A stretch of DNA of 29,248 bases from Clostridiaceae bacterium (GTDB taxonomy: Bacteria; Bacillota; Clostridia; Monoglobales; Firm-18): the NCBI GenBank assembly GCA_012511915.1, contig JAAZFB010000489.1, positions 1 through 29,248 on the forward strand. Direction: 5' to 3'. Made by a program: the position numbers and the translations under genes. Below are positions 27,302 to 29,248 of the stretch, piece after piece. Under the pieces are notes generated by a model. It had not been told where the DNA came from, did no database searches, and saw only the letters and a program-made list of their open reading frames with translations. The first letter of the stretch is position 1. The number at the start of each line of letters is the position of its first letter.

Positions 27302-28378
27302 ATGGAAAATGAGCTAAAAAAGACGCCGTTATATAATTGGCATAAACAAGCGGGTGGGAGGATTGTACCTTTTGCAGGTTATCTTTTGCCTGTACAATAT
27401 ACAAGTGTGATTAACGAGCACTCTGCAGTCAGAAGCAATGCCGGATTATTTGATGTTTCTCACATGGGAGAAATTATTATTCAGGGCGGCGATGCTTTAG
27501 ATAACATAAATAATTTGATGACGAATGACTTTACAAATTTTCACACCGGTTGCGCACGGTACAGCCTTATGTGCAATAACCAAGGCGGGATAGTTGACGA
27601 TGTAATTGTGTATAATGTAGGTGACAACAAATACCTTATTGTTGTAAACGCATCTAATAAAGATAAGGACTACAATTGGATTATAAATAACGTGCGCGGG
27701 AACGTAGAAGTTTTGGATAAAAGCGATGAAACAGCCCAAATTGCACTGCAAGGCCCAAACACAACCAAAATACTTTCTCGGCTGACAGACGATATACCAC
27801 AAAAAAGGTTTACTGCTATTTTAGACGGTAGCATACAAAATATTAAATGTTTAATTTCACGCACCGGGTATACAGGTGAAGATGGCTTTGAAATATATTG
27901 CAAAACGGATGATGCAACCAAACTATGGCAGATGTTGATAACTGCAGGTGAAACCTTTGATATAGTGCCATGTGGCTTGGGTGCGAGAGATACCTTAAGG
28001 TTTGAGGCGACATTACCGCTTTACGGACATGAAATGAACGATAATACAACCCCCCTTGAAGTGGGATTAGGTTATTTTGTTAAACAGCAAAAAGAAGATT
28101 TTATCGGTAAAAGGGCAATGTTCGAAAAAACCAACAATAGAAAAAGAATCGGGTTAAAACTGATAGACAAAGGAATTGCACGCGAAAATGCCGAGGTATA
28201 TGTGGATAACATAAAGGTCGGGGAAACAACTTCGGGTACATTTTGTCCGTCATTAGGCGGTGCATACGCAATGGCGCTTGTTGAGAACCGTGATTACAAC
28301 TTTGTAGAAATAGATGTTCGCGGTAAACGCCTTAGCGCACAAAAAGTGGATATGCCATTTTATAAAAGGAGTGAGTAA
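27302..28378 (+). CDS. gcvT: Glycine cleavage system aminomethyltransferase T
   Basis: KKTPLY, GLFDVSHMGE, SRTGYTGEDGFE and GLGARDTLRFEA motifs. Confidence 0.97.
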   Translation: MENELKKTPLYNWHKQAGGRIVPFAGYLLPVQYTSVINEHSAVRSNAGLFDVSHMGEIIIQGGDALDNINNLMTNDFTNFHTGCARYSLMCNNQGGIVDDVIVYNVGDNKYLIVVNASNKDKDYNWIINNVRGNVEVLDKSDETAQIALQGPNTTKILSRLTDDIPQKRFTAILDGSIQNIKCLISRTGYTGEDGFEIYCKTDDATKLWQMLITAGETFDIVPCGLGARDTLRFEATLPLYGHEMNDNTTPLEVGLGYFVKQQKEDFIGKRAMFEKTNNRKRIGLKLIDKGIARENAEVYVDNIKVGETTSGTFCPSLGGAYAMALVENRDYNFVEIDVRGKRLSAQKVDMPFYKRSE

Positions 28379-28380
28379 AA

Positions 28381-28743
28381 ATGTCAGAAATTAAATTTAC
28401 CAAAACGCATGAATGGGTGAAGTTCCTTGACGAGACAACTGCGTATATCGGAATTACCGACTATGCCCAAAAAGAATTAGGTGATGTTGTGTATATACGA
28501 TTACCGGAAGTCGGTGAAACACTTGCAAAAGGTCAGGCTTTTACAGACGTAGAATCGGTAAAGGCGGTTTCGGAAATATTCAGCCCGTTTGACGGTACAA
28601 TTTCTGAAGTGAATGAGAAACTTGATTCTGCACCTGAACTCATTAACCAAGCGCCTTATGATAATTGGATAATAAAAGCAGAGGGTATCACGAACATATC
28701 TGATTTGTTGGATGAACAACAGTATAATACTAATTCACATTAA
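28381..28743 (+). CDS. gcvH: Glycine cleavage system H protein
   Basis: FTKTHEW, GITDYAQKELGDVV and lipoyl-Lys motif VESVKAVSEIFSP. Confidence 0.97.
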   Translation: MSEIKFTKTHEWVKFLDETTAYIGITDYAQKELGDVVYIRLPEVGETLAKGQAFTDVESVKAVSEIFSPFDGTISEVNEKLDSAPELINQAPYDNWIIKAEGITNISDLLDEQQYNTNSH

Positions 28744-28744
28744 A

Positions 28745-28881
28745 TAGACCTGTCCGAAAATTCAATCACGGCGGCGTAACCGGTCTTTTTTCCGTGTGGA
28801 CGCACGACCGGAACCCATCCGCACGCCCACGCGAAAAAAATCCTCGGTTTTCCACTCGCGTTGAATTTCCGGACAGGTCTA
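28745..28881. mobile_element. MITE-like palindromic element between gcvH and gcvPA
   Basis: 21-bp TIR TAGACCTGTCCGAAAATTCAA / TTGAATTTCCGGACAGGTCTA (20/21) with TA at both ends and a nested inner stem. About 54% GC by hand count, against AT-rich flanks. Confidence 0.8.
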
Positions 28882-28882
28882 A

Positions 28883-28926
28883 TATATAACCATAATAATC
28901 AGAAACCATAAAGAAAGGTTAGTATA
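28883..28926. repeat. Decayed mini palindrome (TATA[C]TAACC...GGTTAGTATA)
   Basis: TATATAACC (28883-28891) against the reverse complement of GGTTAGTATA (28917-28926), one 1-nt gap. Confidence 0.4.
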
Positions 28927-28930
28927 AAAT

Positions 28931-29248
28931 ATGTCAAATTACATTCCAATTACCAATACGCATAAACAAGAAATGTTAAGGAAAATCGGTATTAATAGTG
29001 TTGAGGAGTTATTCTGTGATATACCCGGGCAAATTAAACTGAATAAATTACTTGATATACCAGCCGGACTATCAGAACAGCGAGTACTCGAAAAAATGTC
29101 TTGTTTGGCGGATAAAAACAAGGTTTATCGAAGTATTTTCCGCGGTGCCGGAGCATATCGGCATTATATACCGGCAGTTGTGGACAGCGTAGCGGGAAAA
29201 GAAGAGTTTGTTACAGCGTATACACCATATCAGCCGGAAATAAGTCAA
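28931..29248 (+). CDS. gcvPA: Glycine dehydrogenase subunit 1, N-terminal part (runs off the window end)
   Basis: Hand translation gives MSNYIPITNTHKQEMLRKIGINSVEELFCDIP...FRGAGAYRHYIPAVVD...EFVTAYTPYQPEISQ. Not in the ORF track. Confidence 0.95.
   Translation, partial: MSNYIPITNTHKQEMLRKIGINSVEELFCDIPGQIKLNKLLDIPAGLSEQRVLEKMSCLADKNKVYRSIFRGAGAYRHYIPAVVDSVAGKEEFVTAYTPYQPEISQ

Noticed and set aside
1-29248. CRISPR array, rRNA, transposase or defence genes
   Set aside because: No regularly spaced direct repeats, rRNA-like sequence or corresponding protein motifs were found.

Overview
AT-rich Firmicutes (Clostridia-like) chromosomal window with every supported gene on the + strand, standard code 11. 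In order: the 3' end of a rhamnose operon (rhaA C-terminus, class II aldolase); tRNA-Arg(UCG), -Thr(UGU) and -Tyr(GUA); an LCP protein; acpP-rnc-radical SAM-smc-ftsY-UPF0182; ylxM-ffh-rpsP-khpA-rimM-trmD running into nadD-yqeK-rsfS-leuS; an SSS transporter, two phenylacetate-CoA ligase paralogues, iorAB and an ACT protein; and gcvT-gcvH-gcvPA (truncated by the window end). The most unusual signals are non-coding. A modular family of palindromic, MITE/BOX-like elements occupies several intergenic spaces, including a nested 324-bp element at 22778-23101, a 137-bp element with terminal inverted repeats (TIRs) inside the gcv operon, and about 7 ATACTA...TAGTAT-ended hairpins. rnc carries an in-frame TAA, and the UPF0182 gene appears to start at ATA. 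Product calls come from motif recognition only; no database searches were run.
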